Shown here: positions 11,001-23,293 of the stretch, one piece after another | How the letters are laid out: each line of letters begins with the position of its first letter | Position numbering within the stretch: position 1 is the first letter of the stretch | NCBI GenBank assembly: GCA_964016885.1 | Contig: OZ024749.1 | Coordinates: 21,886,001 to 21,950,000, forward strand | Length of the DNA: 64,000 nt | Source of the DNA: Eledone cirrhosa | Lineage: Eukaryota | Direction: 5' to 3' | Position numbers and translations under genes: made by a program | Notes under the pieces: generated by a model | What the model was told of the DNA's origin: nothing | The model's input: the letters and a program-made list of their open reading frames with translations, nothing else | Databases searched by the model: none

Positions 11001-11452
11001 AACTCTACAGGCATGGAGGTGCCGTCAGCCGGGCATGTCCGAGATGCGCGCAGGGCGACGAAACCGTCCTGCACGCACTCGTCCAGTGTCCGAAAATTGC
11101 TGACTTGTGGGTTTATGTCGAACACCTGCTGTCGCGTTTAGGACGGATCCAGCTATCATCTGAGTCTATCGTGAGGATTGCCCCGCCCTCCTCCTTTAGC
11201 CGGGAAGGGCAGGCAGTTTTTATCTGTCTGGTGGCCATGGCGAAAGAGATAGTATGGTGGACACGTTTGAAAGGGCTGAAGACGAGCACTTACCTCTTCG
11301 GTGATGCTCTGATTGACTTTTTCAAATTTCATTTGAAAAGGAAAATCAGAGTAGAGAAGGAAGTGCTCTCTTCCCAGCATTTTGTTGAAAGATGGGTGAG
11401 AGAAGCAAGAATGGCCCGAGTGAATGGGCCGACTCTGAGTATATATCTGTAA
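8033..11452 (+). CDS. Tx1 ORF2: APE endonuclease, reverse transcriptase, C-terminal zinc finger (1139 aa)
   Basis: GSINARGL, ISET, GDWN, YLDRVF, TDH, GYWKLN; KSPGLDG, RPITLLN, DQSKAFD, QGCPLS, YADD; CPRCAQGDETVLHALVQC. Intact. Confidence 0.96.
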   Translation: MTSLRIGSINARGLGSSWKQGHLFNDLRSLNIDVVAISETRISEARAFAPIFGGYDVYASPSRPGSGGGVAVLFRRGLDLALRAIFLDPEGKLVVLDVTSGDGQAFRLVAVYAPTGAGRPDFFRRLETFLGTSRSLVLVGDWNGILDARWDCVGLADRGGGCKSLTNLLRRFELSDRYRLDFPNVPMWTWTNRIGSSRSYLDRVFCREIDRSSIGCPQFKIVSYTDHKFVICVLDLDRLHRRGPGYWKLNASLPARKAYRDRISELVKRALTGAIVNNKWWFALKRAIRIESIRFSKALAIEKNRAEGELVRKLDEALSKGIATDVLAAKLALDQFFNAKHEGCVVRARVRALRHEGTKAVQWARVAEARRGNKATIRSLVDHDGRMLLDPGQMCEAFQRHFAQLFGGSGGPGRGMDFSVYLDGLPRLSATEAKCCEKPITAAEVREAMTGCTRGKSPGLDGLPYELYVQMPDLFGGLLADVYCNWQQNGRIPSSVSRGAVALLRKDPNKRDNIDNFRPITLLNTEFKILAKVLAKRLALVVGGLVGEAQTCAIPDRSIHDNLHLMRYIVERVAREPGTGGSLINLDQSKAFDRVDHRYLAAVLRAAGFGPVFRGWIAAMHSDICSVVRVNGHLSEPFNIMRSVRQGCPLSSLLYVLTLEPLLHKLETLRGVPRELGCGRSVSAYADDVTVVVSNAKHIEAIGTTLREYEAVTGAMINQEKSVGLQLGTWRGRSMPSNSVVGRWTDGPVKLLGVWFGPDLQTDKNWDEVTSRVASLTQKWAERKLSLKGRAEVANAYIASVICYRLTVVPCPKPRLTALERLLFRFLWKGRAPMVRRSICCQHPLRGGLGMPWLMMRRHALRLRHLHLFLDGDQVWSPFARRVFPQLVSLTELQSWVKRRPRGSAWRLECLQALTALDQSGNVIGENSTSAFYRGLVEGKSDDVLGETLGVDENQLANLFGRTFGPGPMDNFQKSLAWQCYRGALPVRDKLYRHGGAVSRACPRCAQGDETVLHALVQCPKIADLWVYVEHLLSRLGRIQLSSESIVRIAPPSSFSREGQAVFICLVAMAKEIVWWTRLKGLKTSTYLFGDALIDFFKFHLKRKIRVEKEVLSSQHFVERWVREARMARVNGPTLSIYL

Positions 11453-11713
11453 ACTAAAGGTGGAAAACTGGGAGAGGGCACTTGCCTTGGTGGTCAGGGT
11501 CATTGTGGCTTTTTACTGGGCTTTCTCCACAAATGTCCCTCCGAAGTCTCCCCCCTATTGGGGAATTTTTTCATTGTTATTTTCATTGTTATTTTTGTTA
11601 CATCCTCTGTTTTTGTTTTTTTACACGCAGAAATGCCCATTTGTACCGTCCTGCATTGTCCTGCACTGTCCTTAATGTCTACTTTATGTAAACCCTTGTG
11701 GTTAATAAAGAAA

Positions 11714-11769
<56 letters not shown>

Positions 11770-11871
11770 TATATATGTTTATGTATATGTATGTGTATGT
11801 ATATGTATATATGTATGTAAGTATGTGTGTGTATAAATATATATATATATATATATTTTTTTTCTCTTGCA

Positions 11872-11906
11872 ATGGCCATACTCGATAACGAGGGGGTAGC
11901 CATCAT
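11872..11906 (+). mobile_element. RTE-type 3' terminal stem-loop followed by a (TGTA)n-like tail
   Basis: TGGCCATACTCGATAACGAGGGGGTAGCCATCA matches the termini near 19550, 24590 and 25723; the latter two follow RTE zinc-finger stop codons. Confidence 0.6.
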
Positions 11907-12033
11907 GTATGTAAGTATGCATGCATGGATGTATGTATATATGTATGTACGTTTGCATGTATATACATGCATGTATATGTGTATGTATATTTGATTGTAT
12001 ATATGCATGTATGTATGTAGGCATGTATGAATG

Positions 12034-12085
<52 letters not shown>

Positions 12086-12248
12086 AGTATTCATGCATGC
12101 ATAGATGTATGTATGTATGTATGTACGTTTGTATGTATGTATATATATATATATATATATATGCATGTATATGTGTATGTATATTTGATTGTATGTATGC
12201 ATGTATGTATGTAGGCGTGTATGCATGTAAGTATATTTACATGTATGA

Positions 12249-12287
<39 letters not shown>

Positions 12288-12288
<1 letters not shown>

Positions 12289-12486
12289 CGAAGGAAATGT
12301 GGTAAGGAACCAGGTGGACCATAACGCACCAAAGTACTCAATACTTGGGGTAGTAGAGTGGGTAATAGGAACCGGTAAGACCCCGACGGCTGAGCTCAAG
12401 CCGTTTCGACGGCTACTTCGCCGTCGAAACGGCTTGAGCTCAGCCGTCGGAACGGCTTGAGCTCAGCCGTCGGGGTCTTACCGGTT

Positions 12487-12490
<4 letters not shown>
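12288..12490. repeat. Fold-back palindrome containing the 3' half of a hammerhead ribozyme (Penelope pLTR-like fragment)
   Basis: Inverted arms 12366-12490; GACGGC-TACTTC-GCCGTC GAAA CGGC..GCCG TC; flanked by (TA)n. Confidence 0.7.
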
Positions 12491-12560
<70 letters not shown>

Positions 12561-12565
<5 letters not shown>

Positions 12566-12773
12566 ATAATAATAAATTTGAAGACTAAAATCCAAAGAGG
12601 GCTCGATAAGGATAGATATATATCAAATATATAAGAACCGTAGGGCAAATATTTATTAAAATAACAAATTAAAGTTTAAGCAAAGAATCCCTTAACGGGA
12701 TCTTCTGAAACTGTTTCAGAAGATCCCGTTAAGGGCGAAAGCACCGATTCTTTGCTTAAACTTTAATCTGTTA

Positions 12774-12780
<7 letters not shown>
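12561..12780. repeat. Palindromic element, family shared with 20725-21060 and 39666-39810
   Basis: Inverted arms around GAAACTGTTTC; shared CAGAAGATCCCGTTAAGGG..GAAAGCA.CGATTCTTTGCTTAAA; flanked by (TA)n. Confidence 0.8.
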
Positions 12781-12837
<57 letters not shown>

Positions 12838-13083
12838 GCCGGAGTATCGCTAAAAAGCTTTCTCCGATATTGTATTTATTATATATATATATATGTGTGT
12901 GTGTGTGGATATATGTAAGTAAGTATGCATGCATGCATGGATGTATGTATATATGTATGTACGTTTGCATGTATATATATATGCATGTATATGTGTATAT
13001 ATATTTAATTGTATATATGCATGTAGGCATGTATGCATGTTAGCATATATACATGTATGCATGTATATATATGTATGTATGTT

Positions 13084-13126
<43 letters not shown>

Positions 13127-13529
13127 ATATGTATGTATATATGTATGTAACTATGTATGCATGTATGTATGTATATATATGTATGCATGTATGTATATAT
13201 GTATGTATGTATGGATGGAGGATGTATATGTGTATGTGTGTATATGTGTAAGGAAACAATAATTTAAAGAAATTGTTCAAGGATGCAAAGAAGGAAACTT
13301 GAAGAAATATCGAAATTTATCCCCCCACCCACCCACCCCTAACCTCGTAGGGGAACGCTTTACCTGGAGATCAATAGTTTGGGATGGTTGGAAATCCTTT
13401 GAGCAAAATAAGCCAATGGGAGTAAATATTGGTTTCTGATCTAGGCACAAGACCAACAACTTTGGAGGAGCGGAAAGTCGATTATATGTACCCCCAGTGC
13501 ATTACTGGTACTTGTGTAAATGCGTATTA

Positions 13530-13720
13530 TAATTTTTCTACTTTTGGCACAAGGCCAGCAATTATCCCAGTGCATTACTGGTACTTTATTTTATAGACCC
13601 CGTAACAATGAAAGGCAAAGCTAACCTCGACAGGATTTGAACTCAGAATGTAAAGGACTGTAACTCTATGCCGCAAAGCATGGTGTCTGTCGCTCTACCC
13701 ATTATGCCAATCCATCACCC
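13530..13720 (-). mobile_element. tRNA-derived SINE, family 1
   Basis: B box GAGTTCAAATCC on the minus strand; matches the other copies in the window. Confidence 0.85.
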
Positions 13721-13739
13721 TAATGCAAGTAAATATTAA

Positions 13740-14100
13740 AAGGAATATAAGAAAGAAAAAAAGCAGCTAGTTAGAGAATATGAAATTAATGAAACTTTTT
13801 CTCTTTGTATAGTTTGTGGCATCATCTGCGTGTCAGAAGCTGGACGTCAAACTCACATAACAGCATACAATAGAGTACATCTTACTGACTATAGGATATA
13901 CGCACCAGTTCACCCTTATCAGTGCCACATACACCACAAGATCTACAAGTCACAGGGAGGTCTAAAGAGATATTTCAAAGTTCCTGAAGATCAAAGAACA
14001 CAGCCAGTTTAAGCTGCACTGAAATTAATATGCAATTTATGTGGACGGCTTTTTAAAAGTATGATTGGTCCATAATGTCACTTAAGATCTCATATTAGAC
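13740..14100 (+). mobile_element. Decayed RTE 3' fragment with three C2H2-like fingers
   Basis: CIVCGIICVSEAGRQTH, QCHIHHKIYKSQGGLKR and CNLCGRLFKSMIG parallel the fingers in 1715-2146. Confidence 0.65.
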
Positions 14101-14291
14101 CTAAAGTGGACAAGCTTTGTATTAAGCAGACAACCAATATGTATGTGTATATGTATATATGCATTTATGTATGTAACTATGTATGTATGTGTGCATGTAG
14201 AATCGTGCAATGTTCAATGAAGGGATGGCATTCTTCTGACAAGAAGTAACAATCAACGTGTATGTGTGTATGTATATATATATATATGAAC

Positions 14292-14351
<60 letters not shown>

Positions 14352-14568
14352 GTTGATATATATGAACGTATGTATATGTATGTATGCATACATGTAGGTA
14401 CGTAACTATATATGTGTATATGTAAGTGTGTATGTATGTATGTACGGATACATATGTATGTGCAAGTATGTATATATATGCATGCATTTAGGTATATATG
14501 TATGTGTATGTATAAATAGATACATAATTTCGATAAGAAAAGCGCGGCAGCAAAAGAAATAAAAAGAT

Positions 14569-14637
<69 letters not shown>

Positions 14638-14676
14638 TTCCAACCGAACAATATAGATTTAGTGTTAAACATGTTA

Positions 14677-15639
14677 TCTATATATATAAAACTGAGGATG
14701 TCTGTCTGTGTGTGTGTGAGTTTGAATCCATAAAACTCGAGACGCAATCAACCGACTGTTTTCAAACTTTACACATGTAATACTTATGTTTCAGGGAGTG
14801 TTCTGAGCAAAAACAATTTCAAATTGTCAATGCCCTAGGCCCCGCATTAGGCGATTTAGCGATCTCTCTATAATTATTAGTCTTACTCTTTTTAGATAGA
14901 TACATACATATAACTATTTATTTCTACTTTTGGCACAAGGCCAGCAATTATCCCAGTGTATTACTGGTACTTTATTTTATCGACCTCGTAAGGATGAAAG
15001 GCAAAGTTAATACATATAACGTCGCGACCTTATAATATCTGTCTGTATTACGTCACTTCCCTGAGGATGTCTGTCTGTGTGTGTGTGTGTGTGAGTGTGA
15101 ATCCCTAAAACTCGAGAAGTACCCAACCAATTTTTTTCAAACTTTACATGCGTATTACTTATGTTTCAGGGAGTGTTATGCACATAAACATTCAACTTTT
15201 TGATCTTCTAGGGCCCGCATTAGGTGTAAAACTGCGTTTTTAAAGCTTTTTAGGGGTCTTTTGAGGCGTTATGTCAGACCGATTTCCTTGAAATTGTAAC
15301 TATATATTAGTCAGTCTCTTCTTCATACCGTGAGCAAAGAAAATCCAACTTTTCTATGGCCTAGGGCCCGAATTAGGTGAAAAACTTCATTTTTTTCAGC
15401 TTTTTAGGGCTTTTTGGAGGAGTTAAATTTATTTTATGATCCCCTAGGGCCTGCATTAGGTGAAAACCTGCATTTTTTCTGCTTCTTCGAGGAAAATCTT
15501 AAAGATTATCCAGCCATCAGGGTATTCGGTTTATTTTCTTTACATATTGTCCAGGCATGCAGTTTTTCCACGATTAGGTCCGTTGGCGGCCCACGTTCCA
15601 AAATACTTTATCCCGTGCAACGCTGGGTACCACTGTTAG
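14677..15639 (+). mobile_element. Non-autonomous Helitron-like element with an internal duplication and a SINE fragment (14920-15010)
   Basis: 5' TC, GTCT/GT microsatellite near the 5' end, 3' hairpin CCCGTGCAACGCTGGG followed by TTAG-T; related to 38801-39664. Confidence 0.7.
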
Positions 15640-16002
15640 TAAAATATATAATATACATATCGCGCAATCTATGATCGTGAGCAGAGGCGGAAAGGAAATG
15701 GTTGCCATTTTGAAATAAATATCCTGCTCTATATCTCTGATGTGTATTGTGTATATATATATACCAAAATTTAATATAGAAATGGCTTCTACAGGAGTAG
15801 AACTGTTTCATTCGAAGGCATGGTGGGGTTATTTTCGGAAAGGAAGTCAAATTTCTTGTCTTCACCTCAACATATGTTTGAAACAAAAGCTGTATGTAAA
15901 TATGTATGTACGTATGAATGTATCAACATATGGACGCAGTAGGTATGTATGTGTGTATGTACGTATATAGGTATGTTTGCATTATGTATTTATGCATATA
16001 TA

Positions 16003-16120
<118 letters not shown>

Positions 16121-16667
16121 TATCTCTCTCTCTCCTTCTGTGTCTTTAAAGAGACAAAAGGAGAGAGACAGACAAACTGAAAGACAGAGTAAGAAAGATA
16201 TGGAGATTGAAAGAAAGGGAGGTAATATCATTTCAGTATAGTAAAGGTAATGGAAAGAAATGCATGGAAGACTAGAAAACGTAAACAGGAAAACGCCATT
16301 TTGTTTCGTGTGATTTTATGTCGGAATGAGTCTTTGTTGGGGGCTAGGGGGGAAGTATTTGTGTGTGTGTGTAGAGGGTATTTGTGTGTGAGTGCTTGTG
16401 TGTGTGTATGTGTTTGTGTGTACTCTATTGCATATGGATTATTGTATACATATATATATATATATGTATATATATAGACACAAAGACGCACATATGTATA
16501 TACATATATGTTATCACACATAAATGTGTATATATATTATATATTTATATATATATATGCATACATATATATATATATGCATATATATATATATATGTAT
16601 CCATTTACGTTCCTGTATTGAATACATTTTCAATCCATGCGTATGTTGAACACATGCACACAAACAC

Positions 16668-16711
<44 letters not shown>

Positions 16712-17021
16712 GTGTTTTTGTGAGGATGTCACTGTATGTGTGTCAATGTGTAGGTGTGTGTCCATGTGTAGGTGTGAGCATATACTGTGTCTATTTACAC
16801 ATAAACAAATAGATAGATAGGTATCTGCATAAAATATAAATGAAAGGTTATGTTTGTAAACGTCACGAAAGTCTGTCCATTTCTTCTTTAAACAACGGAA
16901 TCGGAATCACAGAAATTATAAACAACCGTTATGGCTTCCCATTTCTCATACAAATATTGCTGGCTCTCCATCCTATAGTTCTCCCTCTCTTTCTTTCTTT
17001 CTCTATCTGTCTCTCTCTCTC

Positions 17022-17083
<62 letters not shown>

Positions 17084-17148
17084 TATATATAAGAGTATTG
17101 CACCAAAAAAAATATAAACGTCGGCGTGAAGAGATTATGAATTTATTT

Positions 17149-17257
17149 GCTTTGACATATGTTTCAATGTCTATTATAAATTGTCTACATATGTTGACTA
17201 CAATATATATTGTCTCAATCATATGAAATACTTATTTATTACACTTCTTCAGAAAGC
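17149..17257 (-). ncRNA. Type I hammerhead ribozyme with an 80-nt stem II
   Basis: Minus strand: GCTTT CTGAAGA [80 nt, extensively paired] GAAA CATATG TC | AAAGC. Confidence 0.8.
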
Positions 17258-17514
17258 CAATAGTAGTGGAATTCAACTGTTCACCACGAGGTATAGTTCA
17301 GTAATGAGATTTTCGTAAGAAAATACAAATAAGTTAAAAGTAGCATGAAATACAGTCAGTTAGTGTGCTGGTAATGAGGAGAGCTTTAAATATTCATTTC
17401 GGATTTACCTTCATATATATATGTAGATAGATAGATGGATAGATAGATAGTCAGACAGATACATAGATATACAGATAGAGAGATAGATATGTACATGGTT
17501 ATCTATCTATCTAT

Positions 17515-18198
17515 CTAGGGCGGGTAAAATTCCCGAGATCCATGGACGAGTTCTCTCCAGCGGTGTCTGTCCCTCATCATCGCTGCCATGTCCTGCGTCT
17601 CCAAGAGACCGGTGTCTGTCCTTAGGGCATCAACATATGTCAACCTCTGTCTCCCTCTTCTAGTGTATATTGAGAATGTTAATGTTCAGAGCCATCCTCA
17701 GCATTCTCGTGTAGCACCCATCCACCATCTGAGTGAGTTTCTTGGTCAATGTCCAAGTCTCAGACCCGTACAGCAGCACAGACTCCACTACAGCAACGAA
17801 GAGACGGATCTTCTGGTCGGATCTTCTGGACGGATCTCAAGCTGTTGCACGCCGCCCAGGCTTTGCTCTTCTCAACCACATCGTCCTCTGTGTTTCCAAT
17901 CTTTGCTCCCAGATACAGGAATTCCTCAACCAATTCTAGCGGTTTCCCGCCTACATTAGTAATCCCCTCTGGCTTCTCACATTCTCTACCAGATATTTTG
18001 TCTTAATCTCATTCATTCTCAGCCCCACACTCATTGAAACAGTCTCCACCTTCTGCATCAACACCTCTGCCTCCTTCACCGTGTCTGTCACTAGAACTAT
18101 GTTGTCGGCAAACTCAGCATCTGATATCTTTTTCGCCTTAACTCTCCTGCTCTGAGCCGGTGTTACAGTAAAGCCAGAGTCCTGGTGTTTCTCCAGCT
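17515..18198 (-). mobile_element. Internally deleted RTE-like LINE fragment with an (AGAT)n tail
   Basis: Minus strand GFTVTPAQSRRVKAKKISDAEFADNIVLV...GLRMNEIKTK; same 3' end as 60316-60558. Confidence 0.75.
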
Positions 18199-18377
18199 AT
18201 ATAAAAATATATATGTGTGTCTGTGTGTGTGTGTGTGTGCATATATATATATGAATTATGTATAGTTTATTTGGCAATATACGGGATGTTTAATTAAAAA
18301 CATTTAGAAGACCATACGCGATCAGTTTTAAAGTAGTGACTATGTCACTTACTTCTTTTTGGCGAAAGAAGGGAGAG

Positions 18378-18420
18378 AAGTTGACAGTCTGTTTCATGCT
18401 GGTTGGTGTTCATCAGATTG
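18378..18420 (-). ncRNA. Decayed hammerhead; paralog of 46533-46573
   Basis: CTGATGA...GAAA CAGACTG TC; stems I and II are mismatched; flank 18265-18395 is homologous to 46555-46690. Confidence 0.55.
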
Positions 18421-19097
18421 ACGTACAATACAAATCTTGAGAAGCTAAGCTTCACAGAAACAGAAAGAATACAACTAGTTAGGAAATTACAAGTACAATC
18501 CATTAATGGAACAGTAAAAATATGTAAAACATTCCAAAAATGTTGCATCTAATAACTGCATATACACTTGTACAGATACAAAGCGTATGCACATCAACAG
18601 ATACAACTCAAAACATCCACATCCACACATACAATAACATACCTGCGCGCACATGCATGCATGCAGACATGCATACATATCTACCTAGTTTATGTGTAAA
18701 TTCCAATGAGAGAGTCTTGTATTTATGTTAGAAACTGACTCTCGCTCTATTGGCAAAAATTTGTGAAATTATAAAACCAGAAGAACATACATACATATAT
18801 ACATACATAAATAAATAAATGATTATATAGATGAACATTTTCAAAATGGCGTCTCCTCCGAGACATCAACAACGAGATGATATTACTGGATGTTCAGTTA
18901 TATTTTACTGTTTCATATAACCATTTAAATACATCCATAGTTTGGTTCATACACTTAAATAATGGAACGCTCGTTATTCCGAGTCTATTTCAGATTTTGT
19001 TCCTGAAAAACTGAATTTCATTTTTTCTTTATAAATCTAAATTGGAAATTTTGACGTGTATGCTTTGCGCTTTCATAAATTCAATGTATGTATATTA

Positions 19098-19393
19098 GAA
19101 GGACATTCTGATATAAAACCTGCGACTTCGTTTATATCCAATGATGTAGACCAGTTCTACTTTTGGGCTAAATGCTTTCGACGTTAAGAAGGCGGGATTG
19201 GCCCCGTGCAAAGCCTTTCCTCACTTTAAAAAGCTTCAAGCAGTGGTATCGCTTGACATGTGGCATTTTTTTTTGCGATGCATGGTATTGCTGGCCATAG
19301 GCAAGTCCCTAGCAAGACTAGGAAGCCACGTGCGTGCTACTCATGCTTAAGTATCAAGTGATGGCATTACTCGAAATCGAGTTGCAACCATCA
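19098..19393 (+). mobile_element. RTE-derived bipartite non-autonomous element (diverged)
   Basis: 5'UTR-like part homologous to 24255-24400, then KSLARLGSHVRATHA* and a terminal stem-loop. Confidence 0.55.
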
Positions 19394-19665
19394 TATATAT
19401 GTATGTATGAATGTTTCTCTTTATCTTAGTTACGAGTACATTTTTGATCTCCTTCCTGGTGGCAAGGATGTAAAAGAAAAGAAATTGTCATCCCTTGAAT
19501 CGCAAGAATGTTTTGCAAATTTTGAAGCTGCCCGCTATCGCAGCCATGTGGCCATACTCGATAACGAGTGGGCAGCCATCATGTATGTATGTTTATTAAT
19601 ATATACACCCTGCCTCTCCATCGAGTGCTTGTTTTCCGAGTCTTGTCTTATAGTGTAAGTGGTTA

Positions 19666-19840
19666 GGGTGGTGGATTGGCAGTATCGGTAGAGCGTCGGA
19701 CAACATGTTTTACGGCATATAGTTACGGCCCTTAAAGTTCAAATCTTTACAAAGCTAGCTTTGCCTTTCATCTTTACGGAGTCAATAAAAGTACCAGTAA
19801 CGTACTGGAACGGATTTAATCGGCTTTCCCCTCCGCAAAA
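19666..19840 (+). mobile_element. tRNA-derived SINE, family 1 (diverged)
   Basis: TGGCAGTATCGG A box; shared body CTTTGCCTTTCATC...AAGTACCAGTAA. Confidence 0.75.
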
Positions 19841-20390
19841 AATGTTTTTGTTATAACAACATCAGAAACCTTTATAGTGTAAATGGCTGAACTTTCCTCA
19901 GACACATGTGCTCTGAACGTAGTTCTCAGGGAGATTCAGCGTGACACAATTTGTTGATGACAAGGCTGGCCTTATCACGTAGTGATTGAAATGCGAACTA
20001 CCTAAAAGTATGTCAACCCTGCAGCGTCCTGACTAAATAATACAGAAACTACGTGATAGGAGAGCTGTAGCCTAATGTATTTCGTCACGCCTATACCAGT
20101 AACTGGAGCAAACTGGCTGTTGTCTTAGTAAGAAAGCAATGGGTATGGTTATGAAGGAAGTGCTAGAATATAATTTGTTTATATTCTATGGCATGTGTAT
20201 GGTGGGTGAGGCTGCTTTTAGTATTCTGGTTGGCGTTTCCAATTCATGGATAGCATTGGTTTCATCTCGATTTGTTTACATTCTAGTTGGAGCATATAAC
20301 GGTCTTATTTATATATAATATACATAACATACTGCTGTACTTTACTTTAAAACTTGGTCCAAAACAATCTGATACTAGCTCATATGTATA

Positions 20391-20494
<104 letters not shown>

Positions 20495-20521
20495 AATATA
20501 TATGTATATTCATATATGTGC

Positions 20522-20589
<68 letters not shown>

Positions 20590-20614
20590 TATATATATAT
20601 ATTCATATATGTGC

Positions 20615-20672
<58 letters not shown>

Positions 20673-20693
20673 TATATATATTCATATATGTGC

Positions 20694-20724
<31 letters not shown>

Positions 20725-20729
<5 letters not shown>

Positions 20730-21060
20730 ATAATAATAAATGTGAAGACTAAAATACAAAGAGGGCTCGATAAGGATAAATATATATCAAATATATATCA
20801 AATATATATCAAATATATAGGAACCGTAGAGCAAATATTTATTATATTAACAGATTAAAGTTTAAGCAAAGAATCGCTGTTTTCAACCTTTTGAAACTGT
20901 TTCAGAAGATCCCGTTACGGATGAAAGCAGCGATTCTTTGCTTAAACTTTAATCTGTTAATATAATAAATATTTGCTCTACGGTTCTTATATATTTGATA
21001 TATATTTATCCTTATCGAGCCCTCTTTGTATTTTAGTCTTCACATTTATTATTATTACTA
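20725..21060. repeat. Near-perfect ~335-bp palindrome
   Basis: TAGTAATAATAATAAATGTGAAGACT... mirrored by ...AGTCTTCACATTTATTATTATTACTA; flanked by TA. Confidence 0.9.
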
Positions 21061-21070
21061 TATATATAAA

Positions 21071-21260
21071 GGCGGTGGATTGGCAGTATTGGTAGAGGGT
21101 CGGACACCATGCTTTGTAGCATAGAGTTACCTCCCTTTATGATCTGAGTTCAAATCCCGCCGAGGTTAACTTTACCTTTCATCCTTACGGGGTCGATAAA
21201 ATAAAGTACCAGTAATGCACTGGCATAATTTATGGCCTTGTGCCAAAAGTAGAAACAATT
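21071..21260 (+). mobile_element. tRNA-derived SINE, family 1
   Basis: A box TGGCAGTATTGG, B box GAGTTCAAATCC, conserved body and 3' end. Confidence 0.9.
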
Positions 21261-21435
21261 ACTATATATATATATATATTGTAAACCAACGTGGCATTTC
21301 AACCCTTGTAATTTTAGACACACGATTTACTGTGTTTATTACTACATATATTATTATAATAATTGTTTCTACTTTTGGCACAAGCAAGCAATTACCCACT
21401 GCATTACTAGTTATACTTTGAGCTTGTTAATTACA

Positions 21436-21625
21436 GGGCGGTGGATTGGCAGTATCGGTAGAGGGTTGGACGCCATGCTTTGCAGCAAAGAGTTACTTAC
21501 CTTTACGGACTGAGTTCAAATCCCGCCGAGGTTAACTTTGCCTTTCATCGTTACGGGGTCGATAAAATAAAGTACCAGTAATACACTGGGATAATTGCTG
21601 GCCTTGTGCCAAAAAGTAGAAACAG
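21436..21625 (+). mobile_element. tRNA-derived SINE, family 1
   Basis: Same A and B boxes and body. Confidence 0.9.
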
Positions 21626-21670
21626 TTAATTACAGGGTATCAATATGAGTTATTAACTCTGTCTTTTATT

Positions 21671-21713
<43 letters not shown>

Positions 21714-22023
21714 GAAAGGTATAGAAATTGTTTTAGCGAGAAGCTAACAGTATTCCATAACATGTATGCGACTATGTCGTCAAGATGGGAAAAATAGTTA
21801 ACGTAGGATGTAGGAAAAATAATTCAAACTCATCTCAAAAGAGAATCAGGATATAAATTCATCCACAGAATTTAGTGAAATCCAGGGAAAAATCGATAGA
21901 GCCCTAACTCATGATAAAATAGTCTAAAATACTTATCCTTCAATTTGGAAAAACATCAAATGCTCTGTATAGTCTTGAAGACTATTTCATGAAAACTTTC
22001 AGTGGAGATGGTCACGGTTGGAA

Positions 22024-22071
<48 letters not shown>

Positions 22072-22302
22072 TATATATGTCGAAACGATGTATATATATA
22101 TGTATGTGTATATATATGTGTGTGAGTGTGTGTATACATACATATATATGCATGTGTATATATATATATATATATACATATTCATATATATGTGTATGTG
22201 TATATACATACATATATGTGTGTGCATGTGTGTATACATATATATATGTATGTGTATATGTGCGTGTATACATATATATATATGTATGTATATATATATA
22301 TA

Positions 22303-22345
<43 letters not shown>

Positions 22346-22389
22346 ATATATATATATGTGTGTTTATATATATATACATATATATATAC

Positions 22390-22434
<45 letters not shown>

Positions 22435-22669
22435 AACACATATACATACCGTAAATGAAAACACAGTCTCTCGAACATTTATAGATAATTGTACACACAT
22501 ACGCACTTACATACACACACACCCACACACACATACATACACAGATACACACACACACACCCACCCACCCACACACACACACATACACACACACAATCAC
22601 ACACACCAGCCATGTTCATGTTACCAACGAAGTTTAACAAGTTATATAGTAAGATAATAGGATTTGGTT

Positions 22670-22785
22670 AACTACTACTACTACTACTACTACTATTACT
22701 ACTACTACTACTACTACTACTATTATCACAACTACTACTGTTACAACTACTATTACCATCACCAACACCACCACTACTACTACTG

Positions 22786-22825
<40 letters not shown>

Positions 22826-23147
22826 CAGCACTACTGCTGCTACAACTACTACTACTACTATTACCATCACCACCACTACTACTATAACTGCTACTTTTAC
22901 CACTACTACCATTACTACTGCTACCACTACTACCGCCACTACTACTACTACTACCACTACTACTACTACCATCACCACCACTATTACTATAACTACTGCT
23001 ATTACCACTACTACCACTACTACCACTACTACTACAACCATTATCATAATTATGATATTATTATGATAATGGTTGTAGTATTAGTGGTAGTAGTGGTGGT
23101 GGTGGTGGCAGCAGTGGTAGTGGCAGTAGTAGTAGTAGTGTAGTGGC

Positions 23148-23229
<82 letters not shown>

Positions 23230-23230
23230 A

Positions 23231-23293
<63 letters not shown>

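Larger units (their letters stand above)
5683..11715 (+). mobile_element. Full-length Tx1/L1-clade LINE inserted in an (ATT)n microsatellite
   Basis: 5'UTR, ORF1, ORF2, 3'UTR with AATAAA at 11704-11709; (ATT)n directly on both sides. Confidence 0.92.
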
